This document shows, in pieces, positions 11,801 through 23,637 of a stretch of DNA of 64,000 nt (positions are counted from its first letter, which is position 1; each line of letters begins with the position of its first letter). Source of the DNA: Callorhinchus milii. Lineage: Eukaryota. The translations under genes and the position numbers were made by a program. The notes under the pieces were generated by a model, which ran no database searches, was not told the origin of the DNA, and saw nothing but the letters and a program-made list of their open reading frames with translations. Where the stretch lies: assembly GCF_018977255.1 (NCBI RefSeq), contig NW_024704772.1, forward strand, positions 2,232,001 through 2,296,000, read 5' to 3'.

Positions 11801-14159
11801 TTATGGTTGTTTTATAGGGTACAGTATTATTATTATACATAATAAGATGGTTGACTGGTGGCACTCTCGCCTCTGAATCAGAGGGTTGTGGGTCCACGCC
11901 AGCGGGTTGAGCGACCAAACCATTATTTATTTGCTAAAAATGTCGTCGCTCACTCCGCGAGGCGTTTGTGGGGACGCCGCTGCGTGCCGTGGCCTCACCC
12001 GCAAAATACCCGGTCACTGCGCTTTACGGTATGTTCCGTGAAGTGCTTTTGAGACGTCTCACTGATCTGATATCAAACGCAAAGTGGTGTAAGCGCTATT
12101 CACGCCGAGGTGCGAATGAGCCTGGCGTGGTTAGTGTTAAGTGTTGGTGTTCATTCTCTCCCTCCCCCACCCCCCACACACACCCCCCAATTCCACAGCT
12201 CCAGGGGAGTTCATAAACTTGAAGTTCAATGGACAGAGTTTTACGGTCTTTAAACAGTTTGTTTAAACCCAACAGAACGAGGGTCAGAGTTTACAGGGTG
12301 AGGCGGTCGCTCCGGACACGCTCACCCGTGAGACAGTACCCTGCGCGAAAGGCGCTTGTATAAAATGCCAAGTTATTGTTGCTTTGCTTTACTCGAGTCT
12401 CTCGTGACGATGGGCCTGGTACTTCACTTGGTCAGCTGGGGGTCTTGACACACGTGGGAGCCGATCGCCTCGTGGAAGGGCTTCAAATACAACGTGCCAC
12501 TCGCAGGTGGGAGTTTCCTCGCGTCAGGTTTTTTGCTACTCCTTCCTTCGCCGATCGCAAATGATTGCGATCCTTTCGCGGTTGACGCAGTCCTCGGGTC
12601 GTCGAGAGGCTCTCAAAGCGATTTGCTTCACTGCGCGTTCTGTGCAGTGAAGCCACTGTTGCGTCTTGCGGCCGAAACTGCAATCCAAATGAAGCGAAAC
12701 TATAAATGAACCTGTAACCGAAAATGAAACGGGTGATTTTGACGGTACTGTGTGCAGTCGCGGTTGTACGGTGGTGGTGAGAGCACTCGCCTCGCAAGCA
12801 ATTGGATCCAGGTTCGATTCCCGGCAAGTTTCCTCGTTCCCCTCACGCCTGTTTACATTGCAGTAAGTAGGAACCCGGTTGTTGGTCGATTGGCAAATTA
12901 CTTTCCGGGGGTAATAATCCCTCTGCCTCACCCCCCCCCCACCACCCCAAAACAAAATGGTCACTCAATCCACGACTGCTATCCCCGTGTGCGCAATTGG
13001 CTGCCACGTTTCGCCCACGAAACACACAATCGATCCTCTTTACATTCTGTGAAGCGCTGTGAGACGTCGCGACGACGCGACGGGGCTCGACAGTAAATCA
13101 AGGTGGTTATCTTCACTCGCGACACGCGGGACAAGAACGACATACCAGCTGATGAGGTGTCTGCTCTGTTGCAGCCTGGATTGTGCCGACACATGCTGCA
13201 GCGTGTTTTGAGAGGCACGATACTGGGCGCAGCTACTTCCGGTGCTTCTTGCCTCTCTATCACCACACCGTCTGTCCTTAATAACAGTAATAAGCCTCGC
13301 ATTTGATATGGCGCCTTATCACATCATTGAGACGTCTCAAAGCGCTTCACAGGATGTACAGTAAAGTGCGTTGACTGTATATTTTGGGGGTGAAACACAA
13401 CAACCCACTGACTCGCTTAATAATAGACCCTTAATAATGATAATTACACCTGTTTTTGATACAGCACCTTGTCACGTAACACACGCCCAGCGCTGCTTCG
13501 GAGGGTCAGCTTAAGACCGTGTGATTCCATGTCCCGGTATGAAGGCTTGAACCCTGACTCGGAGGCGAGAGTTTTACTCTCTCCCCCCCCCCCAACCGGA
13601 GGGACGCACCTTCCTTCCTTCCTTCCCTAATTGAGGCTGACAGTGCCCACAGGTCAGGAGGGAATGACCATGTCTCACTAATCCCTTCCTCCTTGGTTGG
13701 GGGGTTAGCATTTTTGATTCAAACTGTCCACTCCCCACCTCACCTCACAAGTCCCCCCCACTTCCAGCCCCGTTATTCCACCCCTCCCCTCCTCAACCCC
13801 CTACAATCGCCAGTATCGCCAAGCGCTTTGACGCCTTCTCCCCGACGTGAAAAGGCGCGTTATGGAGGTGTACGTTCGCGGATCTGCAGCGGGAATCAGC
13901 AGCCGACTTTGGTGAAGTGAGTGGACCAGGTGGTGGCCTTCGGCGGAGCCGACACCGGACAAAGACGTCGCACGGTCACCGCTCTGAACGGCCTTCAAAC
14001 CAAACGACTGGGAGTTCCGCACCGGAGGGACACCCTTCCCGTGTCTGGAATGGAATGGGATGTGCACACACTCTCCCCCCCCATTCACCCCCCCCCCCGC
14101 TCCCCGCTCCCTCCCCCCGGAATTCCAGAAACTATTAAGCGCGGGTTAGCGAGTGCGGG

Positions 14160-14700
14160 CGTCAGGGAGGGCGGTGTGGGGGGGGGTGGGGAGGTGTGGG
14201 GGGGGAGAATGGGAGGGGGAAGACGCGGATGCCAGGGTGACGGGGGATGTGGGGGTGGAGACGCAACGGGGAGGTGGGGGTGGGGCGGCGGACGGGAACG
14301 TGAGAGGAGTGCACGGAGCACGAGGGGGGGTGAGGGCTGGGGGGGAGGGGAGGGTGGGGGTGGGACTGGGGGGTTGGGGGCCTGAGTGGGGGGCTGAGGG
14401 GTGGGGGCGGAGGGGAGGGGGGGGCCTGGGGGGGGCTGAGGGGTGGGGGCTGAGGGGTGGGGGGGGAGGGGAGCGTGGGGGGGGTGAGGGATGGGGGCTG
14501 AGGGGTGGGGGGCCTGAGGGGGGGGGGGGGTGGGGGCTGAGGGATGGGGGCCTGGGGGGGGAGGGTGGGGGGGGCTGAGGGGTGGGGGTGGGGGGCCTGA
14601 GGGGGGAGGGAGAGGGTGGGGGAGTGTGGGGGGGGCTGAGGGGTGGGGGGCGGGTGAGGGGTGGTGGGGGCTGAGGCCTGGGGGTGGGGGAGGGGGAGGG
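14160..14700. repeat. G-rich minisatellite (GGGGCTGAGGGGTG-like)
   Basis: Degenerate tandem G-run units upstream of the NOSIP promoter. Confidence 0.85.
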
Positions 14701-14759
14701 TTCGAACAGCCGTTCAGGGTCAGACACACAGTCAGAGACGGGACCCAAACAAATACTCA

Positions 14760-14941
14760 GTCAGACAGACACCGGCGCACGTCACTGGGCGGGAAGACAC
14801 GCACTTCCGGCGGTGCACCCGCTATCTCCTCCCCCCGAGCCCCGCCCCCCGAGCCCCGGAACTGCTGCTCTGACCCCGCGGAGGAGAGGGGGAGGGGTTT
14901 CGGTGCTGCGCACTTCCGGTGGAGTGAGATTACTGAGAGAG
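14760..14941 (+). promoter_or_regulatory. CpG-rich promoter and non-coding exon 1 of NOSIP (possibly bidirectional with PRRG2)
   Basis: Two ETS/GABPA motifs CACTTCCGG (14802-14810, 14911-14919) plus CCGGAA. A donor GAG|gtcagt at 14941 could splice to the acceptor at 16179. Confidence 0.65.
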
Positions 14942-14994
14942 GTCAGTGAGAGAGAGAGAGAGTGAGGGGTTTAATACCCCGAACAGCGCTGTCA

Positions 14995-15400
14995 CCCCCC
15001 AACTCCCCCCTGAACCCCCCAACTCCCCCCCAACTCCCCCCTGAACCCCCCAACTCCCCCCTGAACCCCCCAACTCCCCCCTGAACCCCCCAACTCCCCC
15101 CGAACTCCCCCCTGAACCCCCAACTCCCCCTGAATTCCCCAAATTCTTCCCTAAATCCCCCTGTTACCCCTGACCCCACCCCCTGACCCCACCCCTGACC
15201 CCACCCCAATTCTCCCTGTTACCCCCTAATTCTCCCCTAACTCCCCCCTTGAAACCCCCAACTCTCCCTAATTATCCCTGAACACCCCCCCCCCATCCCC
15301 CTGAAACCCATAACTATCCCTATTACCCCCTAATTCTCCCCCTAGCGCTCCCCTGGATACCCCCCCCCCAAAACCCCTAACCCTCTGTAATTCGCCCCCT
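14995..15400. repeat. C-rich minisatellite (CCCCCAACTCCCCCCTGAA)n
   Basis: ~20-bp tandem units at the start of NOSIP intron 1. Confidence 0.9.
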
Positions 15401-15774
15401 CCCCCCCGTATCGGGTTTGATTCCCGGGTCGGGTTGGGGCGAAACCTCGGGCGAGTTTCCCTACTCCGCGCACACACAGACACACACACACACACACACA
15501 GGCGCCTCTGTCGACTGAGCAGTAAGTCGGAACCCGGTTGTTAGTCGATTGGCGGTTCGCTTTTCTGGGGGTAATAATCGCTTCAAAAACAATCACTCAC
15601 TCACTCACTCAGTGTGTGTGTGCATAATGATTTGGTCACTCACCGCTAACTTGACTCCCTCGGCGAAGCGTCATCGCCATACACGGTTCTGGATTTCTTT
15701 CCTGACTGAACGAGATATTACGACTGTTGACAAGTGCGTAATCGGCTGCCCACAAAATACACAGTCACTCCACT

Positions 15775-16007
15775 GTGGAGTCCTGTGGCTCAGTGGTTAG
15801 AGCACTCGCTTTGCAAGTGAGATATCTGGGTTCAATTCCAGGCAGAGGGCGAAACCTCGGGCAAGTTTCCTTACTCCACACAGAGCCTAATAATAATCCC
15901 TTCAAAACCAAATTCACTTTACAGTGTGTTCTGTGAAGCGCTTTGGGACGTCCTCCCGACGTGAAAAGCGCTATATCAAATGCAAGGATTATTATTATTA
16001 TTATTAT
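15775..16007 (+). mobile_element. Internally deleted SINE of the same family in NOSIP intron 1
   Basis: A box TGGCTCAGTGG, B box GGTTCAATTCC, same 3' tail and (ATT)n. Confidence 0.8.
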
Positions 16008-16191
16008 TTACAGTGTGTATCCTGTGAGGCGCTTTGAGAGGTCTCGAGGGCGTGATCAGGCACTGTATCGAATGCCAGGATTATTTATACGTGAGGTGAA
16101 TTAAAATACAGTGGACGAAATGACTGCCTGAATCAATGCAACTTTCTCCCTCCCCTGTTTTTCTCCCAATTCCTACAGGGATTCCTGCGCA

Positions 16192-19100
16192 ATGACCCGG
16201 CACGGGAAGAACTGTACGGCCGGTGCGGTTTACACCTACTATGAGAAGAAGAAGGACACAGGTGCGAGAAAGAGAGCTTCTATCTTGGGATACAGTATAT
16301 ATTTATGTTTTACCTACCCTTCTATATCAGGGCATTTCACTCACATAGTACACAGTCAATTAACTTTACAGTATATTCTGTGAAGCGCTTTGAGACGTCA
16401 CGACGACATGATCAGGCGCTGTATCAAACGCAAGGATTATTATTATTATTTCTATCCACGGATGAGCTGAGTTGCTTCTCTCTTCCAGCTGTCTCTGGAT
16501 ACGGCACACAGTCACTTCGCCTCAGCAAAGACGCCATCAAGGACTTCGACTGCTGCTGTCTGTCACTGCAGCCGTGCAAGAATCCCGTTGTGACGTGAGT
16601 CACTCTTAAAAATACTTCTCCTCTTTCCCACGTCGCTCCCCCCCCCCCCCCCACATCAACAACAACACTTGCAATTTATATAGCGCCCTTCGCTCGGGGT
16701 GAAATCCCCGGAACGCTTGTCAGAGGCGGAGTCCATGACTGTCGCGGGGAAGAGGGGAGAAATAAAGAAAAGGTTAACGGTCTGAGGTGACATTGTTTTT
16801 TCTTTCGTCCGTCTCCGTAGACCCGAAGGCTATTTGTACGAGAAAGAGGCAATTTTGGAATATATTTTGCACAAGAAAAACGAAATCATCAAGCAAGTGA
16901 AGGCAAGCGTTTTCAAAGTCTCCCCATCCTGCCCGCGCCTTTCCCTGCCCCCCCACCCCCCCCTTCTCTCCCCCCCCCCCCCACCCTCCGACTAATTACT
17001 CCGGAGGCACCTCAAAGCCCTTCATGGGACATACTGTGAAATGGAGCGACTGTGCGTATCTGTGGGCGAAACATAGCTGCACAATTGCGCACAGCACCGT
17101 GGGAAACCACACACAGTAACTTACAACAACAACAACAACTCACATTTATACACGGGGGCCCCCCGCGCAGTTTTACAGCGTCCCCAGAGCGCTTGAAGTT
17201 GGCGGAGCACTGTTTAACGTCCATCCGAACGACGGCGCCTGCAACAACGCGGCGATGATTGACAGCCTCTGTTGCCCTCTCTTCCAACCCAACTCTCCGC
17301 TTTTTTCCCCCTCCCGTCTCTCCCCCCCCCCCCACCCACCCACCCGGCGTGTGTGTTGCGTCAGGCTTACGAGAAGCAGAAGAACGTGAAGAAGACTGAG
17401 AAGGCGGAGTTGGCCAAGGCGGCGAAGGAGAGCAAGGTGGCGGCCTTCCTGGAGAAAGAATCGACCATCGTCAGCAAACCGCTGAATCCCTTCAGCAACA
17501 AAGCGGGTAAGAATCCCCCCCCCCCCCCCACTCCCCCCTGACCGTGAAGTGGCATACAATTGCGCGCAGCGACGTCCCACAAACAGCCGTGAAACGAGTG
17601 AGCGATTTTACTTTTCCTGTTCGATTTACCCCACTCCGACCCTCCCCCCCACCCCACACCCCTCCCCGCAGGTGAGCAACAGCCCGGCCCCAGCAAAGAG
17701 CCGCCCGCAGCAGTCAAGCCCAGGTCTCTGCCCAGTTTCTGGGTTCCCTCCCTCACCCCGGAGGCCAAGGCAGCCGACATCAAAAAACCCGTAAGCAACA
17801 AAATCGTAAATCGTGACAATAATGATGGTGTCAATAAGAGCAATTTATAATAATGGCAACAGTAATGGTACTAACGATTAATAATAGTAATTATTATTAA
17901 CCATAGTCATTGTTAAGCCCATGCTCGGGGCCCCCCGACAGCTGACCGTTCAGCGCTTTGGGACGTCCTCCCGACGTGAAAGGCGCTCTATAAGCGTCAT
18001 TTTGTTGTGGTGGTGGTTGTTATTAATAAGAATAATTATAACAAGTTAATAATAGTAATTATTAATAATGATGGCGATAATGATGATTAGTAAATACTAA
18101 AGTAATACTACGGATAAATAATAATCCTTGCACTTGATCAAGCGCCCTAGCACGTTGTTTCGACTTCTCAAAGCGCTTCACAGGATACTCTGTAAAGCGC
18201 AGTGACTGTGTATTTTGTGGGCGAAACACGGCAGCCACGTCCCACAAACAGGGCCAGGGGAACTTTAACGTCCACCTGAACAGGCAGATGAGGAGTGAAG
18301 TTTACCGTCTAATCCAAAGGACGGCACCTCCGACAATGCAGCACCTCCCCCAGCGCTGCTTGTGCTCTCAGCTGGTGGGGGTTCGAACCCACAACCTTCT
18401 GCCTGAGCGCTACCGACTGCGCCGGGCTGACAGGCGTAGGAAACTAGGAGCAGGACGAAAGGCATCGTGTCTCCGGCTGACACTGTCTGTCCCTGGCTCT
18501 GTGTGTGTGTAGAGTTCCCGTGTGTAGGGTTCCTATATAAATGCCGTTGGCTTGACGTGTCTCTCGCAGGACAAGACCGTCTACTGCCCGATGAGCGGGA
18601 AGCCCCTGAGGATGAAGGACCTGATCGCAGTCAGGTTCACGCCGGTGGATGAAAAGCTCGAGCGGATCCAGTTGATCACGAAACAGGAGCGTTACGTGTG
18701 TGCGGTCACCAGGGACGTCCTGGGCAATTCCCTGCCCTGTGCTGTGCTCCGACCCTCGTGAGTCCAGCCTTTTGAGTTATTCTTTATTCTCACCTTTATT
18801 CTCACCGAATCGCCTCGTGTTAATAATAATAACAATTATAATAATCCTCGCCTTGACGTCTGCCTCTGCGCCCTGCTCCCTCCTTGGCTAAGCATCTGTG
18901 CAGAGTTGCGCCGCTGAAAGGGGAAACTGTCCCCGGGCTGGAAGGATATCTCGGTCTCTCGGTCAAGGGGGCGGGGGTTGGGGAGGGAGGGGTTGTGGTT
19001 GCTGTTGCTCTGGCTCCCTGAAGCTGTGACTGGACCTGACCAGGCTGTTGTCTGGTTTACAGAGGGGCTGTGGTCACCATGGACTGTGTGGAGAGGCTGA

Positions 19101-19644
19101 TCAAACCTGACATGCTGGATCCTATCACTGAGCAGAGGCTGACCGAGAAAGACATCATCCAACTGCAGAGGGTGAGAGACCATCAGTGTGTGTGTGTGTG
19201 TGTATATCCGTGTGTCCTTGTGTGTCTCTGTGTACGTGTGCGTATGTATCATTGTGTGTGTGCGTGTGGACTTGATTCCGACATTCCATTGCCAAGCACA
19301 TTATCTCGGAGCCAGTTCAGCTCCGTGGAGACCCCCCGCTTCCCTGCCCGCACCCACCCCACGGAGGAGAGTCACTAACTCGTTGGTCGGGTGGGTGGTG
19401 GGGGGTGTGTGGTAGGGAGCAACAAATTAAGGAAAGCGAGTGACATGATTCGGATGTGCTGTGTTGCTTGGGAGTGGGGGTGGGTGGGGGTGGGGGGGGG
19501 GAGGGTGGTGGGGGGGTGGGGGAATTGAGGCTGCCATGATTTCAGACCGAACAATGTGCTGATGGCGCGCAGGGCGGAACTGGATTTGCGGGATCCGGAG
19601 TGAAACTGGAAGCAAAGGAATCGAGACCCGTGATGCAAGCGTGA
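16192..19644 (+). CDS. NOSIP: Nitric oxide synthase-interacting protein (RING/U-box-like), ~295 aa, 8 coding exons
   Basis: Exons: 16192-16261 (MTRHGKNCTAGAVYTYYEKKKDT); 16489-16594 (SGYGTQSLRLSKDAIKDFDCCCLSLQPC); 16821-16902; 17365-17506; 17672-17790 (LPSFWVPSLTPEAK); 18570-18757 (CPMSGKPLRMKDL..YVCAVTRDVLGNS); 19063-19171; 19573-19644 (GGTGFAGSGVKLEAKESRPVMQA*). Total 888 nt, in frame. AATAAA at 19798-19803. Confidence 0.97.
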
Positions 19645-21133
19645 CGGACACCCCTCGTCACCCCCACTCGTGGCTGCGGAAACCTGTCCCTGTGGTCAAG
19701 GTGGGATAAAGTTTGTTCATATTCTGTCTCCCCCCCCCCCCCCCCATGCATTTGATATGATACTGCCTCCTTTTTAGTTGTAAATATCTGTGTGTTTAAT
19801 AAACGGATCGCTTTCTGACATCTTCTACTGCTGTTGAAATAATCCTTGGATTTGACACGGCGCCTTATCACGCCTTCCAGAAGTTTCAAAGCGCTTCACA
19901 GGACACGCCGCAAAGCGAAGTGACTGGTGTATTTTGTGGGCAAAACGCGGCAGCCGTGGATTGAATGACTAAATTATTATTTTCTTAAGGTACCATTACC
20001 CCCTAGAAAAGCGACCCACCAATCGACTAACAACCGGGTTCCTACTAACTACTTGGTAAACAGAGGCACGTGTGTGGAGTAAGAAAACTTGCCTAACATT
20101 TTGCCCGGGAATCGAACCCGGGTCCTCTCGCTTGCGAGATGGTACGGGGTACGCCACGATTCCACGAACTAATCGGATCTGCAGAGGTGAGACATGACGC
20201 CGTTAATTTATCCTTTTAATACAAAGTTTTTTTTTATTATCAAATGAGCTTGATTGTTGCAGGCACAAAGACTGAGCTTATGGGCAATAAGTGGTCACAG
20301 ACCCACAGACTCTTCTATCCGTTTCACAAGGTACGCAGTTTAGCAACAGAATTCAACCCAGCAGCAATGAACAGGGGGAATACATACGCATGATAGAACT
20401 CTTTTGTTTCACTTATAGCCCCAACGTTCTCAACCACACTCTCAGTTCAACTGCAGCGTGGGTTAGAGGCAGAGCAAAGCTCAATCTACCACCATGCGTT
20501 CACACTCCCAGGTCCAGGTGAGAGACAGAGTAAAGCTCCCTCTACATTGTGGGCTCGGAGGCCTTTGCAATCCTTCTGGGCTGATTCTTGAGGTAAGAGC
20601 ACTATGCTTCCCTTTCCCTTTGCATCCCCTTGTTCGTTCACTGCCATCACCGTCCCTGATATTGAATCCAGATAGAGATCGTGTGTGTGAACGCAAAAAG
20701 GCACCTGGGTTGAATGCAAGCCTGACTATTGCACATTTAATCCTGCTCTGGATTGCCTGACAGATAGCGACAGCTGAGTGAGTGAGAGAGATGTCTCTCT
20801 CTTGCTCTCTCTCTAACCCTCTTGCTTTACGGAGGCATTGTAAAACACTGAGGGGTTGCACTGGAAAAATTATCTACCAATTCCCTCCCTCCCGCACACA
20901 AAAGAGTTGTCCAGCTCCTTTGCCCTTGAAAGTAGGGACCTTTCCACAACTTGCCCCGATATGACGCAAGAGCATTAACAGTGAGCATCAGCGGAGGGAA
21001 TCAAAAGTCTAACTTGCCTACTTCGGGGGCCGGTGTGATGGGGTGGAGGGGGGAGAGGTAGGTGGGGGTTATTGCCGGCAGTGCGAGCAGGGCGTGGGGA
21101 GGTGGGAACCCAGCGAGTGAGCGAGCACGTGTG

Positions 21134-21238
21134 CTAAAACTCGTCGTGCGCGACCATCAGTTCTCCGAAATCGGTCAGTGAGCTGCTCGCAAACTTGGTG
21201 TAATTCTCCAAGAATTCCTCTTTATTGAGCTGCCCGTC
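21134..21238 (-). CDS. RCN3: Alternative (distal) terminal exon of RCN3 encoding DGQLNKEEFLENYTKFASSSLTDFGELMVAHDEF*
   Basis: 105-nt phase-0 exon behind a long polypyrimidine tract and CAG acceptor (ctctctcgccctcag|GAC). It is open, ends in TAG and is homologous to exon 23745-23638. About 0.9 kb of non-repetitive sequence follows, then a minus-strand AATAAA at 20233-20238. Confidence 0.85.
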   Translation of the reverse strand, partial: DGQLNKEEFLENYTKFASSSLTDFGELMVAHDEF

Positions 21239-23637
21239 CTGAGGGCGAGAGAGAAGGAGGGAGGGAGAGAGAGGAGTGAGAGAGAGAGAGAGAGAGAGAG
21301 TCGGGGTTCAGGTTAGAGAGAGGACAGGCCAGCTGCCCCCCCCCCCAAACACCAAACCCCACCCACTCTCCCACGATCGAGGCTAAACAGGTGCGTGGTT
21401 TGTTTTCAGGACAAACACTAAAGGCTTAAAGCCCTGGGAGGTGTAAGTACACTTTGCCCACAAAACACACAGTCACTCCACTTTATGCTGTGAAGGGCTT
21501 TGAGACGTCTCGACCAAGTGATAAGGCGCTGTATCAAATGCAAGGATTATTATTACTATTATTATTACTGAATTGACTGCGTGTTTTGTGGGCGAAACCC
21601 GGCAGCCAACAGCGACAGTCGTGGATTGAGTGACTTTTTTGTATAACAACAAGATTACATTTGTATAGCGCCTTTCACGTCGGGAGAATTATTATAATAA
21701 AGGGATTATTAACCTCTGAAAAGCGATCCCCCAATCGACTAACAAGCGGGTTCCTTGTTAGGTAAACAGAGGGGTGCCCGGGTATTGAACCCGGGTCCTC
21801 TGGCTTGCGAGTCGAACGCTCTTACCACTACGCCACGGGAAGTTCCACGCGTGACATTTGTCACGCCGTAAAGTGGAGTGACTTGTGCGTTTTGCGGTCG
21901 AAACGCGGCAGCCAGTTGCGCACGGCGGCGGATTACAGCGGGGAGTGGGTTCTCACGATGGGGTTCCTCTTAGCAAAGCGTGGCTCAGTGCTTTGCTGCG
22001 GCTTCTCCCAGGGTGGTCCCAGGTCGGCAAGACCCTCCCTCTCCCCCCTCTCCCCCCACCCCGGGGCTCCTAGACCCCGATGCAAGGTACAAAGCCTTCG
22101 CACGTCGGAGGCAAGAGGCAGTGAGTGAGTGTGCGCACACGTTCAATCTGTGGTTGTTTCCCTGTGTAACTCCTGTCCTTTCACTTAATATTAAAATCAA
22201 GACAAACCCCGACTTAGAATCTGATGACCAGTCGCTAAAGTGAATCAAAAGAGGACTGGGTTTCTGTCAATCTCTCTCTCCCTCTCTCCCATTCCCCCCC
22301 CCCCCTCTCTCGCTCTCTCTCTCATCCGGCCCTCGCAAGAAGAACAGCAAGAAAACACTCGGGTTTAACCCAGAGCTGCTGATGCTGTTGCTGCGCAGAC
22401 ATGTTACTCGGCTTTGAGCTGCTCTCACTCACTCTCTCACTGTAACACAGATGTGCAGCAACTCCTGCGAGCTTGTACTCATGGCTCTCTCTCTCTCTCT
22501 CTCTCCCTCAATATATCCCTCCCTCCCACCCTCTCTCCTTCCTTCCCTCCCTCTCTTCTTCCATCCCTCTCCTTCCTTCTCTTGCTCCCCTCTTTCTCGC
22601 ACTCCCTCCACCGCCCTCCCATCTCTCCCTCCCTCTCCCCTCTCCCTATCTCCCATCTCTCTCCCTCTACCTACCTACCTCCCTCCCACTCCCTCTTCCC
22701 CTCCCTCCCACTGCCTCTCCCCCTCCCTTCCTCGCAGAAAAAATAGAATCATCCAAAGCTTAAAATAAATCCCTAAAACGAATCACAACCACCCCCCGCC
22801 CCCCCCCCCCCCCACAAACGCAGGCCCCCACGAGAGTCAAGAGATGCAACATGCAATTTCTCCGCACGTCTCCCAGAAACTCAGGTCTTGACGTGATCGA
22901 GTAAAGTTTCTCTCCTGGTTTTTGAAGAGATAATTCGACCGAAACAGCCGATCACGTCAAGACCCATCGCTCTGAGACGTCGTGGCAGGTTTTGAGGACT
23001 GAGGTACCCGCTCGGAATTTAGAAAACAAATTAGAAGAATCGGGTTACGGTGCGAAAATAACTCCCCCCCCCCCCCCCCCCACACCCCACCCCCCCTCCC
23101 CTCCCCACCCCGATCGAAAATTTTCTACCAAATCGTGATTCGGGATCTGCATGGTGTGTGTTTTCCGTGTTTAACGTGCATTGCGTGTGTGCTTAGCGTG
23201 TGTTCAGTATGTGTGTGGTGTGCACTTTGTGTGTGTGTGAGTGCGCACTGTGTGTGTGTGTGTGTGTGTACACACTGGAATATTTTCCCCATGACCTATG
23301 CTCTCCCCCCTCCCGTCCACACGGACTGTCAGACACTGTGACCCACACCCCACTGTATGTGTGTGTGAGTGTGTGTGTGTGTATGTATGTGTGGGGGGGA
23401 AGGGGGGGGGAAAAGGGAAGGACACATCTATCTGTACCCCAATCCTCAAAACAAAAATCGATTGATCTAAAATAAATACAATTAAAGTCATGATCACAAT
23501 TAAGATAAAAGCGAATCATCCGTGATTTGTCGAGATTGGGGTCGGAGGATTCCTCGGTGATTTGGCGGAATTCGGGTGATTTTTGTCAGATTGCGGGTGA
23601 TTTGGGCAAATTCGGGTGGATTCGGACGATTCGAGAA

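Noticed and set aside
15775-15860. tRNA-like sequences (here and at many other sites)
   Set aside because: They are SINE heads that run into SINE body and tail, with no complete cloverleaf.
21134-21238. Last exon of a separate calumenin gene
   Set aside because: I found no other CREC exons between 21240 and 23637, so the only upstream partner exons are those of RCN3.
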